A stretch of DNA of 63,533 nucleotides, the filler included, from Octopus bimaculoides (taxonomy: Eukaryota): the NCBI RefSeq assembly GCF_001194135.2. It is 6 parts of 6 records of this genome, joined end to end, with 100 filler letters (N's around TTAATTAATTAA, not from the genome) between each part and the next. Parts side by side here need not be neighbours in the genome. Positions count along the whole stretch, not along the records: positions 46,621 to 63,533 come from NC_068982.1; 5 more parts are not named here. The stretch is one strand, 5' to 3'. The translations under genes were made by a program, and so were the position numbers. The notes under the pieces were generated by a model. It did no database searches. It had not been told where the DNA came from and saw only the letters and a program-made list of their open reading frames with translations. Below, piece after piece: positions 49,086 to 62,089 of the stretch; within the stretch, counting starts at the first letter, position 1, and the number at the start of each line of letters is the position of its first letter.

Positions 49086-49171
49086 GATTTTGAATACAGA
49101 ATGTCGTTAATTTCATTTCTATCATTTATCTACATACATACATACAGACAGACAGACAGACAGACATACGT

Positions 49172-49245
<74 letters not shown>

Positions 49246-49857
49246 AAACGAAGTCACTGAGTTAAGAGATAGGTAGAGGATAATAAATGAAGAATTCTAA
49301 TTATATTTATTTGGAGGAAGTATTTTAAGGAATCTGAGATATTTCGGAAACTAAGTCAACAGAAAAGAGTTTTAGTCTGAAGCGGAGAGAAGGATGGAAC
49401 AAAACACTAGAAGACAATCTCCCATTATTAACCCCCCACCTCGCCATATCCGTGTCTTGTTGGTTAAAATATTGATTTCCTACTCTGAAAGAAGTCTGAC
49501 ATGTTTGATTGAACGAAGATCAGTCTGTGACTAACAACAAATGACGGAGCCCTTGTGTGATTGGTCTAGCGGCTAGAAACAGCAGGCTGATGACAGCAGG
49601 CAAAATCACATCTTAATCCCTTAAGAAATGAAAGGACGCATTAGACTATGTGGTCCATAAAAGCAAAACCATAACCACTCCAAAAACTCAGTGGACACGC
49701 TAGGTATGTCTTATATTGTAGGTCTTTTGAGTGTTAAATCAGTGCTTCTCAACCTTTGTAAGATCCGGGCCAGATCCGAAACCTGAATTTGTTTTTAGTG
49801 GTTTGCACCAAAACAAAGTAGAATACATGTCAATTATAGAAACATTTATTATATAAA

Positions 49858-50085
49858 GGCGGCGAGCTGGCAAAAACGTTAGCACGCCGGGTGAAATGCT
49901 TACCGGTATTTCGTCTGCCGCTACGTTCTGAGTTCAAATTCCGCCGAGGTCGACTTTGCCTTTCACCCTTTCGGGGTCGATTAAATAAGTACCAGTTACG
50001 CACTGGGGTCGATGTAATCGATTTAATCCGTTTGTCTGTCCTCTCTGTGTGTAGCCCCTTGTGAGCAATAAAGAAATAAGAAAGA
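49858..50085 (+). mobile_element. Full-length family C SINE with probable target-site duplication
   Basis: Starts GGCGGCGAGCTGGCA. Flanked by AGAAACATTTATTATAT and AGAAAGATTTATTATAT. Confidence 0.85.
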
Positions 50086-51410
50086 TTTATTATATTTATA
50101 GAAGACTGTCAAGGGTCTCCAGAAGGATGCTTGAGGGTTGCAAGCGGCCCCCGAGAGGCGCGGTCGAGAACCACTAACGACATGAACCACAACAAGAACA
50201 ACAAAAGCAGCAACAACTGCCAGAATTGCAACAGTAACAACAGTAAGAGCAACAATTAGAACACAAACAACAACAACAAGAATGATAATAATAACTACAA
50301 CAACAACAACATCCAGGAGCTGCGTAGCGAAGCGGAAAGTCTCAATTGATGATGTTTAATGCGGTAATGAGGAGACATCCAACTAATTACTATAAGGGAG
50401 ACATTAATCATTACCATCACGTGACTAACCTCCCCACCCCCATGCCATTTTATTGATTAAATATTGGGAAAGCCTTATCGATAGCATTGTATTGCACATT
50501 GTGATACACAAGATGAGTGAGTCAATGAAGAAGGAGAAGTAGAAGAAGAAGGAGGAGAAGAAGAAGAAGAAGAAGAAGAAGGAGGGGGAGGAGGAGGAGG
50601 AGAAGAAGAAAAAGAAGGAGGAGGAGGAGGAGGAGAAATAATAATAATGATAATAAGATTTGATAAAATAAACACCGATTATAGAGACCAACTGTAAATG
50701 AATGCATATGTATGCGTGTTTGTGTACGCATGTACACAAACACACACACACACGTGTATATATTCTTCTTTGTTCCTGTGTAGGCATATACCCGGTCAAG
50801 AGCGTTACCGACAGTCTCGCACTGACTATTGCACATGGCAATATTGACTTTTGGAACACATAGCCTCATCGAAATAAGTCGCGAAAAATCGTAACATTTT
50901 CCAGCAGGGAAAGAAGATTAAGCTCTCATGGGAGAACACAAGTTATGGCCGCAGGAGCTCAGCTATGCATTTGTATATGTTTTCCGTTGCCAAAACGCAC
51001 TCTGTACCATGAAGGCAGCAACGAAATGTTTTGCTTTTTGAATTCAGGATGGCGCCCGCATTTTTCATCGTACTTCGAAACGCGGAGTAGATGGAACAGG
51101 GACAACTGACGAAGGGATATACTCTTTATGTTGCATGTCTCGTTTCTCATTTTTCTGTTTTCGTTTCTCATTGTGTTTAACATTTTTTTAATGTCCTGTA
51201 CCCATATATGCATGTATGTATACATATAGATGTAGGTATGTACATATATGTATGGATATATGCATATATATATATATATATATATATGGGAGAATATACA
51301 AAAAATAACAACAGACGAGGACAGGTGGTGTAAATAACAAAAGTATATNNNNNNNNNNNNNNNNNNNNNNNNNNNNNNNNNNNNNGTATGACGCTCGGGA
51401 ATACGGAAAG

Positions 51411-51447
51411 TCTTTGACGTTTCGAGCTACGCTCTTCAACAGAAAGA
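51411..51447 (-). ncRNA. Minimal hammerhead-like motif with a non-canonical core, in a Penelope-type repeat
   Basis: Minus strand: TCTTT-CTGTTGA-A-GAGC-GTA-GCTC-GAAAC-GTC-AAAGA. Stems I and II pair. The core has U where A6 is expected. Confidence 0.5.
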
Positions 51448-51954
51448 ATACGGAGACAAGGAGAAAAACACGGAGAAAAAAAATTGAGAAAAAAAAAAAA
51501 TATATATATATATAATACATGTATGTATGTATATATGTGTGTATGTGTGTGTGTGTGTCTTTGTGTCTATGTTTGTCCCCCACCACCGCTTGACAAACAG
51601 TACTGGTGTGTTTACGTTTCCGTAACTTAGCAGCTCACCAAAACAGACCGATAGAATAAGTACGGGGCTTAAAAAACTAAGTACTGGGGTCAATTCGTTG
51701 GACTAAAATTTCTCCTTCAAGGCGCAGTTCCAGTATGGCCGCAGTCCAATGACTGAAACAAGTAAAAGAGAAAGGATAGATATACACGCATGCGTATGCG
51801 TATCTCTGCGCATGCGTATATCTAGCTCTTCTCTTTTACTTGAACACACCAACACTGTTTTTCAAGCGGAGGTGGGGAGGCAGAAACACACACACACACA
51901 CGCACGCACAGACAGACGGACAGACAGACAGACGGACAGGCAGACAGACAGACA

Positions 51955-51989
<35 letters not shown>

Positions 51990-52979
51990 TGTGCGTGTGT
52001 ACAATAGAAGTAGTTTATTATAATCGTGGATAAGAATTATTCTTATCAAAATTAGTGGGGTCCAAACTTCATTGAAAATGAATTCAAAATTATCCGCTTA
52101 TTAGAATCAAAGGACCAAATATTCTCGTATGCCCTGGTTAATGTTATCAACTGGTTTTTGTTATCGTCCTAAAAAGATCACTGTAAACTTCTCGCGCTGC
52201 GAATGAATTTTTATTAAATTAATATTGATTTTGGCGGGAAAACATTACACAATAGTTCGGTGTCACGTGAGCAATGTCGCAGACATTCATGTGTGTGTGT
52301 GTGTGTACGTGTGTGTATGTGTGTGTGTGTATGCGCGCGCGCTGGTGCATGGGTCTCAGCTATTTTTATTTCCTATCAAATAACGAAATAAGCGACGAAG
52401 AGAGAAAGATTTCTATAGATAGCATTTTATGTAGTGAAATTCTGTGAAAGTCTGCCTTTATCGGTCGGTCGTTGGCCGCTATTATCAACTGTGATAATAC
52501 TCAAGGGAAGACAGAGGAATTTCTGTGCAGAGATCAATAACAGAGCTTTGTATAACGTGGAACCTATAAATATATTTATTAGAATATGAAACGAGTTTTA
52601 TTGATAAAGGAACAAAAAAGGCTTCACTGTTTAATAAAGAAAATACAATACGGGGGTCTGCTGGTGGCCAGGAAGAGAAGAAATACATAATATGGCATCG
52701 GAAATTACTCATGAGGCCACCACTGGTTTCTTATAATTTTTTAATTCTCTATACCAGCTTCCAAAGGTGCCTCCACATGGTCGCTCGTCCTGCTAGAAAT
52801 AGCAGCCAAATTTCTTATATCATTTTTAAAAAAGGAAGAGCACATTGAATAATAAGAGATCTAGATACCATTCTGTTTGTAAAAATAAGATAGATGGCCG
52901 CGGTTGGAATGCCGTAGATCGGCCTGTTCGATCAAAGTAAACCTCGGGCTTTTAAATAGCAAAAATGAATATAATACAG

Positions 52980-53440
52980 GCGTAGGCGCGGCTGTGTGGG
53001 AAAATGTTTACTTCTCAACTATATGGGTTCGTGGTTCAGGGTTCAGTCCCACTGCATGGCACTTGACCAAGTGTCTTCTACTATAGCGACGGGCCGACCA
53101 AGGCCTTGTGAGTGGATTTGGTAGACGGAAACTAAATGAAGCTTGTCACACACACACACATACACACGTATGTGTGTGTATGTATATGTGTATGTATGTG
53201 TGTATGTGTGTATATATGTATGTGTGTTTGTTTATATTTGCCCTCGTCCCTACCACATCACAAGCGATGTTGGTTTGTTTACGTCTGCATCACTTAGCGG
53301 TTCGGCAAGAGGATATCGATAGAATAAGTACTAGGTTCAAAAACAAGTACGAAGATTGAGTTGTTCGTCTAAAGTTTCGCAGGCAGTACTCCAGTATGGC
53401 CGCAGTCTAAAGACTGAAACAAGTAAAAGATAAAAAATAA
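52980..53440 (+). mobile_element. Full-length family B SINE
   Basis: Head, (TG/CA)n middle and GAAACAAGTAAAAGA tail. Confidence 0.8.
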
Positions 53441-53694
53441 GAATTGAATGCTACTTTCAGAAGGAAGAATATGGCAAGTTGTAAAAGACTTGGCTTTTTC
53501 TAAATTGAAACAAAGTGGCTTTTACCGGGTATCGAAACCAGATTGCAGGTTTGACTCATCAGAAAAAATAAATAAATAAATAAAATAATATGGAATAAAA
53601 ACGATAAATACATTTTAAAAAGAAAAACAATTAAAAAATGGAAGCTTGTGACGGTCTGGGACTATAAGAAGAACTATATATTAATTAAATACCT

Positions 53695-53920
53695 TTAAGA
53701 ACATTGGTTTCGAATTTTAGCACAAGGCCAGTAATAGTTTCGAATTTTGGCAAAAGGCTAGTCGATCACATTAAACTCAGTAGTCACCTGGTACTTATTT
53801 TATCGATCTCGAAAGGATGAAAGGCAAAGTCAACCCTGGGGGAATTTGAACTCGGAACGTAAAGACGGAAGAATCGTTTCTACTCGACGCAGAGTTGTTT
53901 CTGCCAGCTCGCCGCTTTGA
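53695..53920 (-). mobile_element. Family C SINE
   Basis: GATGAAAGGCAAAGTC...GAATTTGAACTCGGAACG...CTGCCAGCTCGCC. Confidence 0.75.
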
Positions 53921-54724
53921 CTCTTAAGAATTTATTGCAGTTGGAAACTCGCTACAGAACGAGCAGACAGCAGGAGAAATTCTGTGACGTTGAACTCTCG
54001 TCAAGCAAGTGTTTCGGTCCATTATTTCCCGGTCGGGCCCAACGAAATCATATGTTGCCTTTACTGAAAATTGAAATCGAGTCCTCTGGATGATCTTATT
54101 TTATGAAGTTATAAAATTTTAAAATTTCAAGGTTTTTAATGTTTATAAAATATCTTTAAACTGTCGAGTAGAGTTAAATGTTTTCAATGATATTCGGATT
54201 TCAAAATGCGTGGCAGATTTCAAATGTTTGCTTAAACAAATTGTGTAAATCACTGTATTCCTCTTTTACCCACACACTTTCACGAGATAGAGACAATAAG
54301 AAACACAGGAAGCGGAAAATAATCAACGTTTGTGTTTCTATCCACTCCTATTGGCCCTTCCATGAGGGTTTGGATTTTCCTAACTATTGTATTTAGTCAA
54401 CACGTTTGCAATATTTTGCTAACTTCTTTACTTTATTCGTCAAATTACAACAAAAACAGCCAAGCTTTCAAAGTAGGGGTCATCGAGTTGTCTCGACTGA
54501 AGCCACCGATCTGCCAGTTCTTTGATCCCCTAATGATACTAGTTCTTGTCCTTCCAGGGGCATCCCCCTCTTACTTGATGAAGCGCCGCGAGCGCAGGAT
54601 GTAAGCCACGAATCGAGCGAAGTAATAATCCAAGGTGGATATTTTTCTGTAATCCTAATGTGCATAAGCAGTAATTAAGCAAAGGCCAGCTACTGGAACT
54701 TGTTTCTAAACATGGGCATTTCGA

Positions 54725-55150
54725 ATACAAGATGGGGTTCTGCGTCTGGTGGAATTACGAAGGGATAATTCCCTGCGAGTCCGTTCTGGGCAGTCGAACC
54801 ATCGATGCCAACCTATACTCCGGATAGCTAAAGCAAACGTGTGTCATTGTGCAGGAAAAATATCCCGCATTGGTTAACAGAACGTGAACTGCTTCGAGAG
54901 CAGACAAGACCTCGCACCACTCGAACGACCCGGAATAAAAACTCCAAGGACTTGAGGGAATCAAACGAATGCCACACTCAGCGTATAGTCCAGACCTAGT
55001 TACCTCGGATTATTACTTGTTCTGATCCAGGGTTCACTTCCTGCACTCCTGACACTTTACCAACCAAGAGGAGTTGGAAGCTTCAGTGAAGGAGTTCTTT
55101 CCCACCTCAAAAGACAAGAACTGTTATCAGTCTAGGATCAAAGAGGTACA
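54725..55150 (+). mobile_element. Degenerate mariner (DD34D) transposase 3' remnant
   Basis: KMGFCVWWNYEG and AYSPDLVTSDYYLF*S motifs, with stops and frameshifts. Confidence 0.85.
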
Positions 55151-57521
55151 GGCTTTAAACAGAATAGAATAGAATAGGTACAGGCTTTAAAAAAAAAATG
55201 TTGTGTTAATTCTTTCGTTCAAAATCCTTCAAAGCAGTGCTCCAGCATGGCTGCTGTCTAATGACCGAAACAACTAAAAGATAAACAATAAAACTAAAGA
55301 TAAACAATAACAAAAAAGGTCGACGAGAGCGTTCGGTGCAATGAAAGGTGAGATTAGCTTTGTATTTAACACGCAGAGGAAGTTTTTGTCTTCCAGTTAC
55401 CTGGATAATCTTAGTTAATTAAAGTTTTTCAACTGACAGTATTACATATGTCAGATAAGAACTGTTACAGTAACGAAGGAGCCAACGTTGTGGGGAGGTC
55501 CCCCGGGCGGCGCTTTTGGGTCTGTTGTAGGCAATATGTGTTTTTTGCGGGGTCCGAGGGCGGCAATCGAGTTTCCTCTCTCCCGAAATTGCTGGCCTTG
55601 TGCCCAAATTTGAAACCAGTATCATTTTTTAGTTTATTGTTAAAGAAATAAAGAAAGGAGGAAGGAAAGAAATAGATCTATCGGTTTATTCACAGGAATC
55701 TATAAACGAGACAGTCTGTAAGAATGTGATCGATGCCGCAATATGGGTCAGATTTGAAAACTAGTCAAATCGAGGCAAGAATTGTATCACAATTTTGTTT
55801 TATGGAAATTTTGTAAAGAAATCAAGTTTGCTTTTTGTATTAAGACAATTATTTCGTATTTCATTCACCTTTTACAACTAAAACAGACAGACAGACATGA
55901 ATACACACACATACACGCCCGCGAGCATATACACGCACGCACACACACACACGTACACACAGGTACACCCCCCCACACACACACACCCATACACTAACTT
56001 TGAGAGTATACTTTCACTAACATGAGTAAACAGTCACTGATGATATTAAACACTTTACACATACACACATATCTATCTATTTCCCCTCTTTTTACACGAG
56101 AACATTACTGTGATACACGATCCCTATTGATCGCTTTTTTTTTTTTTTTCTCTCGGTCCCTTTTGATCGAACTCCCCCCTTTTTTCCTTCCTACGATCCC
56201 TTTTGATCGACACCCACCCCTACTTTTTTTTCTCTTCCTTCCCCCTCCTAAAAAGAAAAGCTCTACATTGTATTCGTCCCATCTTTGTTGAGCCTTGTGT
56301 GGCTAATAAAAGAAATATATATATANNNNNNNNNNNNNNNNNNNNNNNNNNNNNNNNNNNNNNNNNNNNNNNNNNNNNNNNNNNNNNNNNNNNNNNNNNN
56401 NNNNNNNNNNNNNNNNNNNNNNNNNNNNNNNNNNNNNNNNNNNNNNNNNNNNNNNNNNNNNNNNNNNNNNNNNNNNNNNNNNNNNNNNNNNNNNNNNNNN
56501 NNNNNNNNNNNNNNNNNNNNNNNNNNNNNNNNNNNNNNNNNNNNNNNNNNNNNNNNNNNNNNNNNNNNNNNNNNNNNNNNNNNNNNNNNNNNNNNNNNNN
56601 NNNNNNNNNNNNNNNNNNNNNNNNNNNNNNNNNNNNNNNNNNNNNNNNNNNNNNNNNNNNNNNNNNNNNNNNNNNNNNNNNNNNNNNNNNNNNNNNNNNN
56701 NNNNNNNNNNNNNNNNNNNNNNNNNNNNNNNNNNNNNNNNNNNNNNNNNNNNNNNNNNNNNNNNNNNNNNNNNNNNNNNNNNNNNNNNNNNNNNNNNNNN
56801 NNNNNNNNNNNNNNNNNNNNNNNNNNNNNNNNNNNNNNNNNNNNNNNNNNNNNNNNNNNNNNNNNNNNNNNNNNNNNNNNNNNNNNNNNNNNNNNNNNNN
56901 NNNNNNNNNNNNNNNNNNNNNNNNNNNNNNNNNNNNNNNNNNNNNNNNNNNNNNNNNNNNNNNNNNNNNNNNNNNNNNNNNNNNNNNNNNNNNNNNNNNN
57001 NNNNNNNNNNNNNNNNNNNNNNNNNNNNNNNNNNNNNNNNNNNNNNNNNNNNNNNNNNNNNNNNNNNNNNNNNNNNNNNNNNNNNNNNNNNNNNNNNNNN
57101 NNNNNNNNNNNNNNNNNNNNNNNNNNNNNNNNNNNNNNNNNNNNNNNNNNNNNNNNNNNNNNNNNNNNNNNNNNNCTAACGTCCTCTACCCTGATATGCA
57201 TGATGAAAGTATATACATATATGTGTGTATACATGCATATATATTTTTTGTGTTATATATATATATATATATATATATGTCTTTCTCTCTCTTCCTTTTT
57301 CTCTCTCTTCCTTTTTCTCTCTCTCTCTCTCTAAACATACATACAGATACACACACACACATAATCTTACATACATGCATGCAGACAGACACACACACAC
57401 ACACACGCACATAAGCACAAACACACTCTCACACACACACACACACATATGGCTACGTAAACTTACTGCTTCTTAACTTCTTCCTACTAACATTTCAACT
57501 CTGCCCTTCTTAAGCTGCTGT

Positions 57522-57561
<40 letters not shown>

Positions 57562-58531
57562 TGTGTGTGTGTGTGAGTGTATAAGCACGTAGCATTGTTT
57601 GGCGAGTATCGACAACGTAGCTGCTCTTATCCTTTTTACCATCCCCTTACAAACTGTTTGTCAAGTTCAGCTTCCCTCTTATAAGAGTTTAACTTCTGTT
57701 AACTCTCTCTATCTCGCTTTTACCCACCGCGTCTCTTTCTCTCTCTTCTTTCTACACCATCATGTAAAGTGTGGTTACTGAATCAACCGACCAACGTTTG
57801 TATCGGCTGTTTTTGTATGGAAATAAAAAGATTTGCATGTATGCCTCTATGTTTCTATTTCTATGTACATAAATACGTATTTGCGTGTATGTGTGTGTGT
57901 GTGTGTGAATAGCCCGTCATTGCCAGGAAATTTTTACAGTAGAATGTCTTATATAAATTTTTATTTATTTCATGTCAGAGCAGATAGGCCTCTTGATTAG
58001 GACTGATTTGTGCAAGTTTTCACCTAAATACTTCGTTGAGGACTTTTTTCTTTCTAAAATTATTTACATGTGTGCTCGACCGTTTCAAATGACTTTATTC
58101 ATTAAACCTTCAGAAGTTCTTACAACTTTGGTCGTCGTAATGCTTTGCTTTCATTTGTTTAATAAAAATTCCTCCGCCAAATGATTTGGCTTTCATTTCG
58201 TGATAGACAGCTATCATGCAGAAAATGCCAGCTTACAAATCCAGTTTTTCGGATTAGGTAAAACTGATTCTTAAGCGTTAAACTAATACAACCTTTGTTG
58301 AAACATGTCCCTCCCCCTGTTGCTTTCTCTCATCGTCTTCACTGCCTGTTTATTACGCATACACATATACATAAGATAAAAATAATTAAACATCAGAATA
58401 TAGAATTACTGAATACAGTAATCCCTCGCCATACCGCGGTTCACCTATCGCGGTTTATTATTTAATCTTACGTCGATTCCTTTGTGGTGTTGTTTTGCAT
58501 TTATAATAAAATAAGTATATACAAATGATAG

Positions 58532-59079
58532 GGATCTTTTTTAAAACGGGGGCCACATTTTTCATTAACGAAACACTTTGAAACTTGGAACACTGGTAGA
58601 ATGTGTCATATAAAACATCTTTTTCTCTTAGTCTTCTTTAAAAAAAAAAGAAATCCCTAAGTTATTCCATGTTAAAGTTGTCGTATTTCTGTAATTTCAA
58701 CCAATCACTGACGTCCATTCAGCCGATATACATTAAGTGCCGACTACATAAACAAACGATTCTGAAACAATTCTATCGGTGATAGGGTTAGGTTTAGGTT
58801 TAGGGTAAAACAGCAAATTTAAAAAGAAAAAAGCAAATAAAACGAAGCTATGGCTTAATCAGCCAAAGGAGTAAATATAAACAACTGAATACTTGTCAGT
58901 GATTGGTTGAAATTATCGAAATAAGACAATTTTTTACATGAAATAAATTCGAATACAAAAATATTTTTCTGTTCTATAACACAAAATAGATAAGTATACG
59001 AAGTTTGAAAGTCTTTCCGTACCAAAAACACTACGTAAAACATTAATGAAAAATGTGGCCCCCGTTTTAAAAAAGGTCC
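58532..59079. mobile_element. Relative of the 48197 element in opposite orientation, 37-bp TIRs, nested in a pogo/Tigger-like MITE (about 58415-59185)
   Basis: 58532-58568 vs 59043-59079 with one mismatch. Same CAACCAATCACTGAC block and a short TTAGGG-like tract at 58782-58805. Confidence 0.8.
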
Positions 59080-59262
59080 AATGATAGAAATAATAAATAT
59101 ATATATATACAGTGCAGTACTGCTTCTACTACGCGGATTTTCACCTTTCGCGAGGGGTTTGGGAACGTAGCACCCGCCATAGTCGTTATGATCTCCAGTC
59201 AACTCATCATGAAAGCATTCTCCCACAGAGCAAGATCTATCTATCGATCTATCTATCTATCG

Positions 59263-59305
<43 letters not shown>

Positions 59306-59331
59306 AATCTAGCTATCTATCTATCTATCTG

Positions 59332-59362
<31 letters not shown>

Positions 59363-59363
59363 G

Positions 59364-59394
<31 letters not shown>

Positions 59395-60347
59395 GTCCGT
59401 CTGTCTGTCTATCTGTCTGTTTGTCAGTCTCAACCTTGCACACATATATACATACAGCTTCATTCTTATTGAAGATCCACAACAAAAATGAGATACAAAA
59501 AGAAACAAATACACAATACAGCGAAACATTATTACATATAACCATTAGCAGATGCGGATGTACAAACGCTCACACAGACGTGGCTTGGCATACGTACACT
59601 CGCTTACTCGCTTGTACAAACCCACACGCACATACAAGCACACCCTCACTGGTGGTCTGGTGCACATACGCTTGCACACAGAATTAGTCGGTGCCAATTA
59701 CTGGCCAGTGATATTGTATCCCTTAATTTGCCATTTCTACATACGAAGACCAAGAAGAAAAAACCCAGAAATAAGTTGTGGGAAACAGAGTCTATTTTAA
59801 CGAGATGCCTCTTGAAATCACCCGAGGAGAAACATCTACAGCAAGGGATACACCTAAACCAGTTGTGCAGTATCCCGCCCGCGAGGAGTCGATGCTAGAT
59901 GGGTCGAAACGAGTGTAGTGATCAATAAAGATTCTCGTATTTTCCATCTTCCGTCTCTCTCATTAATTTCATACCCAACGAACATTGAGCTAGTGAACAT
60001 GCATTACGGGCAAACAACCAGGTGTATATCATANNNNNNNNNNNNNNNNNNNNNNNNNNNNNNNNNNNNNNNNNNNNNNNNNNNNNNNNNNNNNNNNNNN
60101 NNNNNNNNNNNNNNNNNNNNNNNNNNNNNNNNNNNNNNNNNNNNNNNNNNNNNNNNNNNNNNNNNNNNNNNNNNNNNNNNNNNNNNNNNNNNNNNNNNNN
60201 NNNNNNNNNNNNNNNNNNNNNNNNNNNNNNNNNNNNNNNNNNNNNNNNNNNNNNNNNNNNNNNNNNNNNNNNNNNNNNNNNNNNNNNNNNNNNNNNNNNN
60301 NNNNNNNNNNNNNNNNNNNNNNNNNNNNNNNNNNNNNNNNNNNNNNN

Positions 60348-60429
<82 letters not shown>

Positions 60430-60639
60430 AGGGGGAGGGAGACAGGCAGACAGGCATAAATATAGATATATGTATGTATAATAACTCTAGCAAGATACAC
60501 ACACACACATGACACACACACATGACACACACACACATACGCACACACATATTTCTTGAGAAAGAAAAATTCAAGCATGGAAACGTAATGAAAATATACT
60601 AAGTTAAGCACATCTAATTAAAAGTCACATTTACCAGAA

Positions 60640-61380
60640 ATGGAACCAAAATTTAATCGTAAGAAAATTCACATCCTGGAACATGCTTAAAAATAATAAC
60701 AAGGCAGGAATATATGAACGATGGATGAACTGAAGATCGTCAATCCTTCCAAGGAACCTAAAGACAAAATCAACAGCAGAAAAACCTGAACGAAGAAGTC
60801 GCCGACTAAGGAAGAAATTAAAAGAAAGGAAAAGAGGAATTGGATTACTTAACTAAGAGCATCAAACAACGAGGAAAATTATAAAGTCTTTGATGAGGAG
60901 ATTCATATCGAACTTACGAAACATGTTGATGGACATCTTTTGGAGAATATTCTTAAACTATGCAAAGAAACTTGTGGATATGAAAAAATAAATTACTTTC
61001 AACGCTGGGGGAAAACGTTAATTTTTTCTTCCCCGTAATTATGAAACCCATTTGAACATGGAATAGAGTTTCAATAACCACTTTTTTGAAGAAAACCGAA
61101 ATGAAAAACTATAGAAAAAAATGTCGAAACAACCAATTAGATCACACTATAGACATTTAAAAGAACCACCTGAAACTAACCTCACAGAGGAAGCAAATCA
61201 CTCTCAGACCAGAAATAGGAACAATTCACCAATTAGAAAAACTTGGGAATATCAACCATTCTCCTGCCATGAGAAGCAATCAAAGAAATATATTTGACGC
61301 TCAACAAAGGAAATGGAAATACGGAAAAGTACACTAAATAATCTCAGACAACAAAACTAGTCTTCAAACAATTCAAGTTT
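60640..61380 (+). mobile_element. A-rich degenerate coding-like remnant, possibly a Penelope-like ORF
   Basis: Partial frame NEENYKVFDEEIHIELTKHVDGHLLENILKLCKE..., broken by stops. No diagnostic catalytic motif is visible. Confidence 0.3.
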
Positions 61381-61389
61381 AATTAGCAA

Positions 61390-61690
61390 CTGGTACACCG
61401 TCGGTTACGACGACGAGAGATTCCAATGGATTCGATCAACGGAACACCTGCTCATTAGATTAACATGCAAGTGGCTGAGTACTCCACAAACACACATACC
61501 CTTAACGTAGTTCTCAGGAAGAGTCAGCGTGACACAGAATGTGACAAGGCTGGCTCTTTCAATTAAAGGTACAACTCATTTTTTTCCGGCTGAATGGACT
61601 GAAGCAACGTGAAGTAAAGAGTCTTGCTCAAGGACACAACATGCTGCCGGGAATCGAACTCGCAATTTTACGATTGTAAGCCAAATACTC
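61390..61690 (-). mobile_element. Family D-related SINE
   Basis: GCAAGTGGCTGAGTACTCCAC...CCCTTAACGTAGTTCTC core and a tRNA-like head on the minus strand. Confidence 0.75.
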
Positions 61691-61745
61691 CGACCAGTAT
61701 AACCTCTCCTCTTTCTAATAATTCTAGTTTCATATATAAGAAATC

Positions 61746-61833
<88 letters not shown>

Positions 61834-61889
61834 AGTCTGTCTGTCTGTCTGTCTAATAATCGATCTATCTATCTTGCTAGCTATACAAT

Positions 61890-61937
<48 letters not shown>

Positions 61938-62020
61938 CAGGGTAGTGATGCAGATAAACATCATTAGGCTTCACACGCACGCATGCACATATACACACAT
62001 CTATCTATCTGTCTATTTAA

Positions 62021-62089
<69 letters not shown>

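Noticed and set aside
2734-60611. Many long ORFs in the track made mostly of X (e.g. 26666-27667, 44380-45519, 56203-57414)
   Set aside because: They are N gaps read through without stops and carry no coding evidence.
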